From Candidatus Latescibacterota bacterium (GTDB taxonomy: Bacteria > Latescibacterota > UBA2968): a stretch of 64,000 nt of DNA. The DNA is taken from the NCBI GenBank assembly GCA_965205975.1, contig OZ242195.1:1776643-1840642 (forward strand), written 5' to 3'. The notes beneath the pieces were generated by a model, which worked only from the letters and a program-made list of their open reading frames with translations, was not told where the DNA came from and ran no database searches. Shown in pieces: positions 54,089 to 63,676 of the stretch. A program made the translations under genes and the position numbers. Position 1 is the stretch's first letter; every line of letters starts with the position of its first letter.

Positions 54089-55372
54089 ATGAAAAATCTC
54101 GCAACAATGACCATCGCGCAAATTCGCGCCCACATCAAATCTATCAATCGCCCTGGCGAAGCATACCTCCGCGCACTCGAGCAGGACCCTCGTGCTGGTG
54201 TTCGCGCAATCGCAGAACAGGTGAGAAAAAAGCAAAAAGCACAGGCACGTGAAAAAGCGCGCCTCGAACAAATGCTCACCATAGAAAAAAAACTCAGAGA
54301 ACGGGGCATCCAGCACATTGCAGGCGTAGATGAAGCCGGACGAGGTCCCCTCGCGGGTCCCGTTGTCGCCGCCGCGGTTATCCTCCCGCCAGATACACTC
54401 ATCCCCGGCTTGAACGATTCCAAAGCACTATCCGAAAAACGCAGAGCAGAACTTTTTGAAACCATTCACAATACAGCCCTTGCCATTGGTGTAGGCAAAG
54501 CATCTCCACAGGAAATAGACAAATACAACATCCGCAACGCCACCCACCATGCCATGTGCGAGGCACTCGCCGCCCTCAACATCTCGCCCGACCGCGTGCT
54601 CATCGACGGCAATGCCCTCCCGGGTAGTCCATTTCCCGAACAAGCGGTCATAGGCGGTGACCGGAAGTCGCTTTCTATAGCCGCCGCGTCTGTCATCGCC
54701 AAAGTAACGCGCGATCGTCTGATGATCGATTACCACGCGCAATACCCCGCTTACGGCTTTGCCGGTCACAAGGGATATGGTAGCGCCGATCACCTCGCCG
54801 CCTTGCAAAAACACGGGCCCTGTCCCATCCACCGCCAATCTTTCCGGGGTGTCTTTGAAGCCAGGAGTTCTGAAGACTTTAAAATTTTTGCCGAAGGCAT
54901 TCGCGCAGCGATGAACCTCGACCAACTTCAAGCCATAGGAAAAACCATTGCCAGTGCCAGCAAACATATCCCACAGGATGAGGTACAGGCCCTGCGCATA
55001 CTATTTCGCAAACAACGCACCCGCCTGCAACAATCCGGTCCCAAAGGCGAACAATTGGCAGAAAAATTTATAGAACAAAAGGGATACGAAATCCGCGCGC
55101 GCGGATTTCGCGCCCTGGGCGGTGAAATCGACCTCATTGCGATGAAAAACGACGTGCTGATCTTTGTCGAAGTCAAAACCGCGACCACGCCACATTTTGG
55201 ACAACCAGAGACCCGGGTAACACCAGCCAAACAGGCGCAAATCATCAAAATCGCAAAAGCCTACCTGAGACAACACCCCGATCACGCAGCACCGCGATTT
55301 GACGTCATTGCCGTTGACCTGACACAACCGCGCCCTACCATCCGCCACTACGAAAACGCTTTTACAGCTTAG
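54089..55372 (+). CDS. rnhB: ribonuclease HII fused in frame to a YraN-family (UPF0102) endonuclease domain
   Basis: RNase HII: IAGVDEAGRGPLAGPVV, NDSKALS, HKGYGS. After a ~60-aa linker comes a YraN-type domain: KGEQLAEKFIEQKGYEI...GGEIDLIA...LIFVEVKT...RFDVIAV. One uninterrupted 427-codon ORF. Confidence 0.8.
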   Translation: MKNLATMTIAQIRAHIKSINRPGEAYLRALEQDPRAGVRAIAEQVRKKQKAQAREKARLEQMLTIEKKLRERGIQHIAGVDEAGRGPLAGPVVAAAVILPPDTLIPGLNDSKALSEKRRAELFETIHNTALAIGVGKASPQEIDKYNIRNATHHAMCEALAALNISPDRVLIDGNALPGSPFPEQAVIGGDRKSLSIAAASVIAKVTRDRLMIDYHAQYPAYGFAGHKGYGSADHLAALQKHGPCPIHRQSFRGVFEARSSEDFKIFAEGIRAAMNLDQLQAIGKTIASASKHIPQDEVQALRILFRKQRTRLQQSGPKGEQLAEKFIEQKGYEIRARGFRALGGEIDLIAMKNDVLIFVEVKTATTPHFGQPETRVTPAKQAQIIKIAKAYLRQHPDHAAPRFDVIAVDLTQPRPTIRHYENAFTA

Positions 55373-55401
55373 ACCAGTACCCAAATTTCTCCTCTTAAAC
55401 C

Positions 55402-55430
55402 TTGACAATACCACCTCTTACCTTTATTTT
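55402..55430 (+). promoter_or_regulatory. candidate sigma70-type promoter for hisS-aspS
   Basis: TTGACA (55402-07), 17-nt spacer, TATTTT (55425-30). Confidence 0.4.
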
Positions 55431-55473
55431 CGTTTTTTCTTATAAAAAAATAATCTGCAACGGATATACACCC

Positions 55474-56766
55474 ATGCCCCAGTTAATTCCCAAGGTAAAA
55501 GGCACCCGAGATTTTTATCCCGAAGATTGGGCCTACCAGAAGTGGCTCTGCGAGAAATTTATCGGCGTTGGCAATCTCTTTGGATATAGAGAATACGAAA
55601 GCACAATACTCGAATATATGGCCCTTTACCTGGGCAAAAGCAGCGAAGAAATCGTCACACAGCAGACATTCACGCTATCTGATCGAGACGATAAACAACT
55701 CGTCATGCGCCCAGAACTCACCCCCACACTCGCGCGCATGGTCGCCCAAAAAGAAGGCGAACTCACCTTCCCCATTCGCTGGCAATCATACGGCCGGTTC
55801 TTTCGCTATGAGCGTCCTCAACGCGGGCGCGGGCGTTCCTTTTTTCAATGGAATATCGACGCCCTCGGCAGCGATAGCTATCTGGCTGATGCCGAAATAA
55901 TCACCATAGCTTGCACGCTATTCAAACACCTCGGTCTCAGTAACGAACACGCCACTATTAGAATCAATGACCGACAGGCCCTTGAAATTTTAATTGCCAA
56001 AAAACTGACCTTATCGCCCGAGGATATCAAACCCGTTTTTGGGGCCATTGACCGCATAGACAAAATTCCCGAGGAAAAATTCCGCACCTATCTGGCCAAT
56101 GACCTGAATCTCAGTGCAGGTCAAATTGACGCCCTCTACGAAATCCTCCACACGACAGACCTGACATTTTCTCCCTGGCTTCAGCACATTTTTGAGCAAC
56201 TCGACCAAAATGGTGTTATAGACCTCGTAGAACTCGACCTCAAAATCGTACGAGGTTTTGACTATTATACGCGTACGGTATTTGAAGCCTGGGCCAAAAC
56301 CTCGCTGCGCCGCGCCCTCTTTGGAGGTGGTCGTTACGACAATCTCACACGTCAAGTAGGCGGGAAGCGCCAGGTACCTGGCGTGGGATTTGCAGTTGGC
56401 GATATGGCCATCACCGAATTACTCAAAGAAATAGACGCTTATCCCCAACTCGAAATGCCCGGTGCCCGCGTATTCGTTACAGTATTCTCCGAAGACCTTC
56501 TCGCCCAATCGTCTTCTTTTGCCGAAAAACTGCGCCAAGAGGGTATCGCAACAGAACTGCATCTCATTCCTGGACAGCGTCTCGACAGACAATTCAAATA
56601 TGCAGATCGCCAAAATATTCCCTTTGCAGCGGTTATTGGACCAGACGAGGCATCTGCAAATACCATCGTAATCAAAGACCTCAAAGCGCGCGCGCAACAA
56701 ATTTTTTCACAAAACGACCTGTGCGCGATAAAAACAACGCTTAAAAACGGAATTACCCAAGCGTAG
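55474..56766 (+). CDS. hisS: histidine--tRNA ligase
   Basis: KGTRDF, motif 2 region RFFRYERPQRGRGRSFFQWNIDALG, and a C-terminal anticodon-binding domain. ATG 55474 (the track start TTG 55402 coincides with the -35 box). Confidence 0.9.
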   Translation: MPQLIPKVKGTRDFYPEDWAYQKWLCEKFIGVGNLFGYREYESTILEYMALYLGKSSEEIVTQQTFTLSDRDDKQLVMRPELTPTLARMVAQKEGELTFPIRWQSYGRFFRYERPQRGRGRSFFQWNIDALGSDSYLADAEIITIACTLFKHLGLSNEHATIRINDRQALEILIAKKLTLSPEDIKPVFGAIDRIDKIPEEKFRTYLANDLNLSAGQIDALYEILHTTDLTFSPWLQHIFEQLDQNGVIDLVELDLKIVRGFDYYTRTVFEAWAKTSLRRALFGGGRYDNLTRQVGGKRQVPGVGFAVGDMAITELLKEIDAYPQLEMPGARVFVTVFSEDLLAQSSSFAEKLRQEGIATELHLIPGQRLDRQFKYADRQNIPFAAVIGPDEASANTIVIKDLKARAQQIFSQNDLCAIKTTLKNGITQA

Positions 56767-56775
56767 GAGACAGCC

Positions 56776-58551
56776 ATGTCAGAGTCGCTCGGCGACTGGA
56801 AACGCACGCACAACTGCGGCGAATTGCGCATCGAAAATGTAGGCGAAGAAGTCTGCCTGATGGGTTGGGTTGGCAAAAGACGCGACCACGGAGGCGTCAT
56901 ATTTGTCGATTTGCGCGACCGCTACGGCATCACCCAGGTGGTCTTTCGTCCCGATCTCGAAGAAGAGACACACGCCATTGCCGAAAAAATTCGCAACGAA
57001 TTTGTCCTCGCTATAAAAGGCAGAGTTGAACCGCGCCCAGAAGGCATGACAAATCCCAAACTGCCCACCGGTGCCATCGACATCGAATGTTCAGATCTGC
57101 GTCTTCTCAACGAAGCGGACACCCCGCCATTTGCCATAGAACCCGACATTGACGTCAACGAAGAACTCCGCCTGCGCTATCGCTACCTCGACCTGCGCCG
57201 CCCCGACATGCAACAAGCTCTGTTCCTCAGACATAATGCCGCACAGGAGACGCGCAAATATTTAATCACTCAGGGCTTTCTCGAAATCGAAACACCCTTT
57301 CTCATGAAAAGCACACCCGAAGGTGCGAGAGATTACCTCGTCCCCTCTCGCGTTCAAATAGGCAACTTCTATGCCCTGCCCCAATCGCCTCAAACCTACA
57401 AGCAGTTGCTCATGATCGCCGGCTATGATCGCTACTTTCAAATCGTGCGCTGCTTCCGCGATGAAGACTTGCGGGGCGACCGCCAGCCCGAGTTTACCCA
57501 AATTGACATTGAAATGGCATTTGTCACAGAAACCGATGTCATGCAACTCGCAGAAGGGCTTACGCGGCACCTGTTTGAGCATATCATAGGCTTTGATATC
57601 CCCTCTCCCATACCGCAAATGACCTATCGCGAGGCGATTGATCGCTTTGGCACTGATCGCCCGGATACGCGCTTCGGTCTCGAAATTGTCGATATTGCAA
57701 AAGCTGCCCTCGCTTCGGAATTCCGGGTCTTTAGATCTGTAATTGATTCCGGTGGGCAAGTTCGCGCCATTAATGCCAAGGGATGTGCAAACTACTCGCG
57801 CAAACAAATCGACGATCTCACGGCTTTTGTTGCAAAACACGGTGCTAAGGGACTCGCCTGGATCAAAGTGACAGACCAGGGGCTTGAATCATCAATTGTC
57901 AAGTTCTTCCCCGATCAAGCCCAACAAATGCTAAGGGAATCACTCGACGCCCAGACAGGAGACCTGCTTTTATTTGTCGCTGACCAACCCGCAGTCGTCG
58001 CAAACGCACTGGGCAATCTGCGCTTAGAACTCGCGAGACAACAAGACCTTATGGAGACTGGTGACTTTCGTTTTTTATGGGTAACGCAGTTCCCTCTCCT
58101 CGAATTTGATGACGTTGAAAAACGTTACGTTGCCTGTCACCACCCCTTCACGTCTCCCCTGGAAGCAGACCTCAACGAGCTTGAAACAGCCCCGGGTGAT
58201 GTTCGCGCCAGAGCTTATGATCTCGTTCTCAATGGCAACGAAATCGCTGGTGGAAGTATCCGTATCCACCACAGAGAAACCCAGGAGCGCGTGTTTCGCA
58301 TGTTGGGGATATCCGAAAGTGAATCACGAGAAAAATTTGGCTTCTTACTCGACGCCTTTCGATACGGCGCGCCTCCCCATGGCGGTATCGCGTTTGGATA
58401 CGATCGCCTGGTCGCCCTCATGGCCGGCAAAGCGTTTATCCGCGATGTCATTCCATTTCCAAAAACCAATACAGCAGCATCGCTCATGGATGGTGCACCA
58501 TCTATAGTAGATCCCGCCCAACTCCGCGAACTCGGTTTGCGATTATTGTAA
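56776..58551 (+). CDS. aspS: aspartate--tRNA ligase (bacterial type with GAD insertion)
   Basis: OB-fold N-domain, FRDEDLRGDRQPEFTQIDIEM motif 2, and the class II motif 3 region GGIAFGYDRLV. 591 aa. Confidence 0.9.
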   Translation: MSESLGDWKRTHNCGELRIENVGEEVCLMGWVGKRRDHGGVIFVDLRDRYGITQVVFRPDLEEETHAIAEKIRNEFVLAIKGRVEPRPEGMTNPKLPTGAIDIECSDLRLLNEADTPPFAIEPDIDVNEELRLRYRYLDLRRPDMQQALFLRHNAAQETRKYLITQGFLEIETPFLMKSTPEGARDYLVPSRVQIGNFYALPQSPQTYKQLLMIAGYDRYFQIVRCFRDEDLRGDRQPEFTQIDIEMAFVTETDVMQLAEGLTRHLFEHIIGFDIPSPIPQMTYREAIDRFGTDRPDTRFGLEIVDIAKAALASEFRVFRSVIDSGGQVRAINAKGCANYSRKQIDDLTAFVAKHGAKGLAWIKVTDQGLESSIVKFFPDQAQQMLRESLDAQTGDLLLFVADQPAVVANALGNLRLELARQQDLMETGDFRFLWVTQFPLLEFDDVEKRYVACHHPFTSPLEADLNELETAPGDVRARAYDLVLNGNEIAGGSIRIHHRETQERVFRMLGISESESREKFGFLLDAFRYGAPPHGGIAFGYDRLVALMAGKAFIRDVIPFPKTNTAASLMDGAPSIVDPAQLRELGLRLL

Positions 58552-58707
58552 TCACAGAGGGTCATAACACATTCAAAACTTTTTCTTGACTTTCTGTATT
58601 TTATGTAGTACTTTGTCTGAAAGTTGTATTATTGGATTTTTTGTTTTTACTTTACGTCTTGATAATTTAAATACTTACGCCAATATCCATGAGGAGGCAA
58701 TTGGGTT

Positions 58708-58953
58708 ATGAAAAGACTCAAAAAAGCGGCAGGTTGCGGTCTATTACTCGTTCTGTTATCTGGATGTTGCACGCCAATGGCCTCAAGATCGCAACTCCAA
58801 ATGCTTGAAGAAGCGCGTAAAGCCGCAGAATCGGCTGAAGCCGACCTCGCAGCCTGCAAGCAGCACCGAGCCGAGTTGGAACGCCAATTGGCACAGAAAA
58901 AACAGGTTCTGGCCGAGTGGCAAAATATCTTAAGTCAGTGCAACAGGTCTTGA
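58708..58953 (+). CDS. small coiled-coil lipoprotein
   Basis: Signal peptide with lipobox LLSGC. GAGGAGG RBS. Confidence 0.6.
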   Translation: MKRLKKAAGCGLLLVLLSGCCTPMASRSQLQMLEEARKAAESAEADLAACKQHRAELERQLAQKKQVLAEWQNILSQCNRS

Positions 58954-58991
58954 GCCAGTAATTTTTTGGTGTGTGGAAAGGAGTTGGTCGG

Positions 58992-59834
58992 ATGACAGGT
59001 TTGAAGCTTTTCGGGTTCTTTCTCGTTTGTTGCGCAATCACTCTTTTGGTTTTCCCTCAAAAGGGAATTGCCCAAATGGAAATGACCTATGATGAATACA
59101 GGATGAAACTTACAGAACAGGAGCAACGGCTTGCAGAACTTAAACAGACTCTGCTCGAATGCCAAACTGCGTCTAATGACCTTTCTAACCAGATTTCGAG
59201 TCTGGATACCCAGATTAGTGAAATCAAACAGCAAGTCTATAGTCTTGTTGAGTCCAATGAAGCAGGGGTCGATGAATATATACAAGAACTCGGCCGCATT
59301 GAAGGCCGCCTCATGGGCTTGCGCAGCCTGGCAGAAGATGCTCTTTTTGAAGTTCGAGATGAAATTGATCAAATAGAAGCCCGCGTATCAGAGCTTAAAG
59401 CAGACAAAAGAGCCTGTTTTCCAGCTGCACAGGAAAAACTGGCGAGTATCGATCAATTACTTGAACAAGTCAAAGCGCGGATGCCTCGCAAGCGCATTCG
59501 ACAATATTCGGTTGTCAGAGGTGACAATCTCTGGAAAATCGCCAAAAAAGACGATATTTACGGCGATCCTTATCTCTGGCCCCGTATTTACGTTGAAAAC
59601 CGGGATAAAATTAAACATCCCGATATAATTTATCCCAAGTGGGTTCTCAATGTTCCTTTTGGCGTCGATATCAATCAACATCTCGTAATGAGCGGCGAAA
59701 ACCTCTCGTCCATTGCTGGCAAGGTGTACAATGATGTCACCAAATGGAATCGGATCTACCAGGCTAACAAAACACAGATTTTTGATCCGAGCATGATTTT
59801 CCCTGCTCAAGTATTCGATATTCCGGCAAACTGA
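58992..59834 (+). CDS. LysM domain protein with N-terminal signal/anchor and coiled coil
   Basis: Two LysM-like modules (YSVVRGDNLWKIAKK...IYPKWVLNVP and HLVMSGENLSSIAGKVY...IFPAQVFDIP). ATG 58992 with GGAAAGGAG upstream. Confidence 0.75.
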   Translation: MTGLKLFGFFLVCCAITLLVFPQKGIAQMEMTYDEYRMKLTEQEQRLAELKQTLLECQTASNDLSNQISSLDTQISEIKQQVYSLVESNEAGVDEYIQELGRIEGRLMGLRSLAEDALFEVRDEIDQIEARVSELKADKRACFPAAQEKLASIDQLLEQVKARMPRKRIRQYSVVRGDNLWKIAKKDDIYGDPYLWPRIYVENRDKIKHPDIIYPKWVLNVPFGVDINQHLVMSGENLSSIAGKVYNDVTKWNRIYQANKTQIFDPSMIFPAQVFDIPAN

Positions 59835-59914
59835 CCTCAACCTTTTCGATCCCAGAATTTGGATCTTTCATAAATCCAATGGAAGGTTCATCTATAAACC
59901 TTTAACTCTAAAAT

Positions 59915-59961
59915 AAAACTCTCATTCCCGTAGTCTGTTTGGGAATGAGAGTTTTATTTTT
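59915..59961 (+). terminator. rho-independent terminator after the LysM gene
   Basis: 15-bp stem AAAACTCTCATTCCC / GGGAATGAGAGTTTT followed by ATTTTT. Confidence 0.75.
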
Positions 59962-60958
59962 AAATACTCAAATCGTGGAAAATAGAGAACTCTCCCATAG
60001 ACTATCGTTGCGCGGTGTTGACCTCCTATCGTTATACGGTCACAACGATGCAAATTTGCTCGCCCTTGAAGACCGCTATGGCGTGCGTTTAACCGCCCGC
60101 GGTGATCAGCTAAATGTCCAGGGGCCACAACACAAAGTTCAACACGTCTCTGGTCTATTAGAAGAAATGATTTCGTGCCTTCGGCGTGGCGATCAGTTTG
60201 ACCCTCTGCACCTGCTTGCGCCACCGCCGGAAAATTGTGAATCTGAAATTGGCGAATACGCAAAGCCCATTCTTTCAACACCCAAAATTCTCATTCGCCC
60301 CCGCTCCCGGACTCAGGTTACTTACTCGGCAGCTATCGAAAACCACGACATTGTTTTTGGCATTGGGCCTGCGGGCACGGGAAAAACTTATCTGGCAGTC
60401 GCAGCGGCTGTTGCTGCACTAAAAAGCAAACACATCTCCAGAATTATTCTGACACGGCCGGCCGTAGAAGCTGGCGAAACCCTGGGATTTCTTCCGGGAG
60501 ATATACAGGATAAAGTTGATCCCTATTTGCGCCCGCTCTACGATGCACTGCGCGACATGTTACCCGATACACAATTGCAACACCTTATGGAAATGCGCAC
60601 ACTTGAAATTGCACCGCTTGCATTTATGAGAGGACGCACCCTGAACAACGCTTTTGTCATTCTCGACGAAGCTCAGAATACCACCGTCAACCAGATGAAG
60701 ATGTTTCTTACCCGCCTGGGCAACAATGCCAAGGCTGTGATTACGGGTGATATAACACAAATAGACCTGCCACCGGGTATTCAGTCTGGACTTATACACG
60801 TCCAACACATCCTGTCTCATATAGAAGCCATCAAATTTGTCAGTTTTTCAGAAAAAGATGTCGTACGACACGCATTGGTCCAGCAAATCATAACAGCCTA
60901 TGAGCAAAGTGAACATTCCCCTGAACCAGACGTAGAAGAGGCACTGCCAAAACCATGA
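59945..60958 (+). CDS. phoH: PhoH family ATPase (PhoH-like, with N-terminal KH-like region)
   Basis: Walker A GPAGTGKTY and ILDEAQN. The start is uncertain: ATG 59945 lies inside the terminator 3' arm, and GTG 59975 is a plausible alternative. Confidence 0.85.
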   Translation: MRVLFLNTQIVENRELSHRLSLRGVDLLSLYGHNDANLLALEDRYGVRLTARGDQLNVQGPQHKVQHVSGLLEEMISCLRRGDQFDPLHLLAPPPENCESEIGEYAKPILSTPKILIRPRSRTQVTYSAAIENHDIVFGIGPAGTGKTYLAVAAAVAALKSKHISRIILTRPAVEAGETLGFLPGDIQDKVDPYLRPLYDALRDMLPDTQLQHLMEMRTLEIAPLAFMRGRTLNNAFVILDEAQNTTVNQMKMFLTRLGNNAKAVITGDITQIDLPPGIQSGLIHVQHILSHIEAIKFVSFSEKDVVRHALVQQIITAYEQSEHSPEPDVEEALPKP

Positions 60959-63210
60959 TGTTCTTTAGAAAACGTCAGCGCGAACGCACGCGTCGGACAA
61001 AACAACAGTGGAAACAGCGGGGAAAGCAAGCCTTTCGCATGGCATTGATGCTCGCCCTCTTAGGCGTACTAACCGTCTTATTTCCCACGCAACAGCAGTA
61101 CGAGTACAGTGCATTTCGCGAAGGCGCGATTGCGCCAGATGAAGTCATCGCCTCTGAATCATTCTCCGTGTACAAAAGCGAAGAAGCATACCAGAATGAA
61201 GTCGCAGAAGCTCGCCGCCAGATTTTGCCGGTTTTGCGCTATGATAGCACGGTTCAGCAAAGCAAACTGAACGCATATAAAACATTTCTAAACGACATAA
61301 AAAAGCACATAGGCTCCGGGGTAAGCGAATCGCTCTCACACGAGTTGCGGCTTTCACACCCGGAGATTAGCCCCCTGTCGGAATCCACCCTGAAACATCT
61401 CGTACCCGTATCTCGAAGGCGATCAGCCAGCCGCAGTACATTGACCACCGCAGTTGAGAAAATTCTTCAAAGCACCTACCAGAACGGGATTATCGACCAG
61501 GAAATAAATACCGTCGAAGAGGGGTACGCAGAGGTTATACTACTCAACAATGGCTCAGAACGCCAAATTAGCCTTGAAGAACTGGCCGATATAGAAAATT
61601 TCACCTCGGAGCTCCAACAAACCATAGAACAACAAGTGCCAAAAGCGAGCGCTATGGAAATGAGAGCGGGTAGTGAACTGGTCCTGGCCTATCTATCCCC
61701 CAACATTGCCTATGACGCTACCGAAACGCAGAGGCGCAGAGATGAAGCAGCCAGCAATGTCCAACGCGCCAAGCCTGGGACAGTCCTCAAAGGCGAGCGC
61801 ATTATTGACAAACACGACCGCGTAACATCTGACGACATAGATAAACTCAGGTCGCTGGCAGAACATATCAACCAACGCCGCCAGCAAGACCCATTCATTG
61901 ACCTCATTCAACGAGGTGCTGGACTATCACTTTGCGCGTTGACGCTAATCATATTTTTTGCATTTCTAAAATTTTATCGTCCTGACCTTTATCGTCCATC
62001 CAAAAACATCGTACTGTTTGGCATCATTATTTTAATCCCTACTGCCGTGGCTGATTACGCCGCCCAAAGTCAGGCCATATCGCCGTTTCTCATCCCCGTC
62101 GCACTATCTGCAATGCTGGCAACCGTGCTCTTTGATGCCGTCATCGGCATGGTGATCACCCTTGTCGTTACAACGCTTTGTGCCAGCATACTCGGCGAAC
62201 TTCAATACGGAATCATCTTTCTCACCACAGGCATTATTGGCGCATTTTCGGTACATCAGGTGCGCCATCGCAGAGATTTTTACCGTCCGGGGCTGTATCT
62301 GATTGCCGCTTATGCCTTGACAATTACCTCTACAGTTGGACTCCTTTTTTCTTATGCCAACACCACCGAGTTTCTCACGGAAATACGCGAAGATTTATTC
62401 TGGGGCATCTTGTCTGCCTGTGGTTCCTTAATCCTCACCATTGGATTACTGCCTGTATTCGAAAGTGTTTTCAATGTCGTAACATCAATGACATTGCTCG
62501 AATTGGCAGACTTAAATCGCCCGCTGTTACGCAATTTGGCCATTCGTGCTCCTGGCACCTTTAGTCACAGCATAAATATGGCCAATATCTCGGAAGAAGC
62601 CGCGGTCGCAATAGGTGCAGACCCCTTGCTCGCGCGCGTTGGGTGCTATTACCACGATATTGGGAAGATGAGACGCCCACACTATTTTATAGAAAATCAG
62701 CATGGCGTGAATCCTCACGATGAGTTGCAACCTCAAATAAGTGCCCTGATTCTCATCTCTCATGTCAGGGACGGGATCGAATTGGCGAAAGAAGAAGGCC
62801 TTCCTCTTGCAATCATTGATCTCATCCCACAGCACCATGGGACTTCAGAAATGACTTCATTTAAGCATCAGGCACAACTCATAGACGAACAGGCGGTCCG
62901 CGATGCCGACTTCCACTATCCTGGTCCCAAACCCCAGACCAAAGAAGCGGGCATTATTAACCTCGCAGACGCTGTTGAATCTGCGACGCGGTCTCTGCCC
63001 AACAATGATCCAGACGAAATTAGAGAACTCGTCCATACAATTGTCAAAGGCCGTTATGATGCTGGGGAATTGGATGAATGCGATCTTACATTGCGCGACC
63101 TGACCCGAATTCAGGAAGCCTTTTTACCTGTCTTGCAGGCTTCGCACCATCACCGAGTCCCCTATCCCTGGCAAGTACAACAACAAGAACGCCAAAGCGC
63201 GAGCGCATGA
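60955..63210 (+). CDS. pgpH: 7TM-receptor HD-domain phosphohydrolase (PgpH/YqfF-like, cyclic-di-AMP phosphodiesterase family)
   Basis: Extracellular N-domain, seven TM segments and an HD domain with YYHDIGKM. ATGA overlap with the phoH stop. Confidence 0.8.
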   Translation: MMFFRKRQRERTRRTKQQWKQRGKQAFRMALMLALLGVLTVLFPTQQQYEYSAFREGAIAPDEVIASESFSVYKSEEAYQNEVAEARRQILPVLRYDSTVQQSKLNAYKTFLNDIKKHIGSGVSESLSHELRLSHPEISPLSESTLKHLVPVSRRRSASRSTLTTAVEKILQSTYQNGIIDQEINTVEEGYAEVILLNNGSERQISLEELADIENFTSELQQTIEQQVPKASAMEMRAGSELVLAYLSPNIAYDATETQRRRDEAASNVQRAKPGTVLKGERIIDKHDRVTSDDIDKLRSLAEHINQRRQQDPFIDLIQRGAGLSLCALTLIIFFAFLKFYRPDLYRPSKNIVLFGIIILIPTAVADYAAQSQAISPFLIPVALSAMLATVLFDAVIGMVITLVVTTLCASILGELQYGIIFLTTGIIGAFSVHQVRHRRDFYRPGLYLIAAYALTITSTVGLLFSYANTTEFLTEIREDLFWGILSACGSLILTIGLLPVFESVFNVVTSMTLLELADLNRPLLRNLAIRAPGTFSHSINMANISEEAAVAIGADPLLARVGCYYHDIGKMRRPHYFIENQHGVNPHDELQPQISALILISHVRDGIELAKEEGLPLAIIDLIPQHHGTSEMTSFKHQAQLIDEQAVRDADFHYPGPKPQTKEAGIINLADAVESATRSLPNNDPDEIRELVHTIVKGRYDAGELDECDLTLRDLTRIQEAFLPVLQASHHHRVPYPWQVQQQERQSASA

Positions 63211-63632
63211 ATACACTGGAAATCACAACTTTGGTCGATGTCTGCGATCTGGATATCCCTCAATTAGAAGCTGTAGTGAAACAACTTCTTTCAGACAACG
63301 AGGTGCATCTTCCCATTTCGTGCGTTCTAACCCATGACGCCCATATCCGACAACTCAACAAACAATATCGGAACATAGACAAAACGACCGACGTTCTTTC
63401 ATTTGAGCTTTCCGATGCGATCCATCCAGAAGCGCATTATTGTGGAGAGATATACATTTCAGTAGATCGCGCACGACAGCAAGCAAAAACGCATAACCGA
63501 TCCCTACAGACAGAAATAACTCATCTGACAGTGCATGGGACCCTGCATTTGCTGGGATTTGAACACGATACCCCCGAGGGGTACACGCAAATGCAAAACG
63601 AAGAAAAAAAATACCTGACCTTGATGGGATAA
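63207..63632 (+). CDS. ybeY: rRNA maturation endoribonuclease YbeY
   Basis: HGTLHLLGFEHD zinc motif. ATG 63207 overlaps the upstream TGA (ATGA). Confidence 0.9.
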   Translation: MNTLEITTLVDVCDLDIPQLEAVVKQLLSDNEVHLPISCVLTHDAHIRQLNKQYRNIDKTTDVLSFELSDAIHPEAHYCGEIYISVDRARQQAKTHNRSLQTEITHLTVHGTLHLLGFEHDTPEGYTQMQNEEKKYLTLMG

Positions 63633-63676
63633 CCCTTGCTATAAACAATTCTTCCCCCGAAAGGAGCGTGATTTTT

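Noticed and set aside
53965-54465. 166-aa minus-strand ORF
   Set aside because: It is antisense to the 5' part of the RNase HII gene, its composition is Ser/Ala/Arg-rich, and it has no RBS. It is a shadow ORF.
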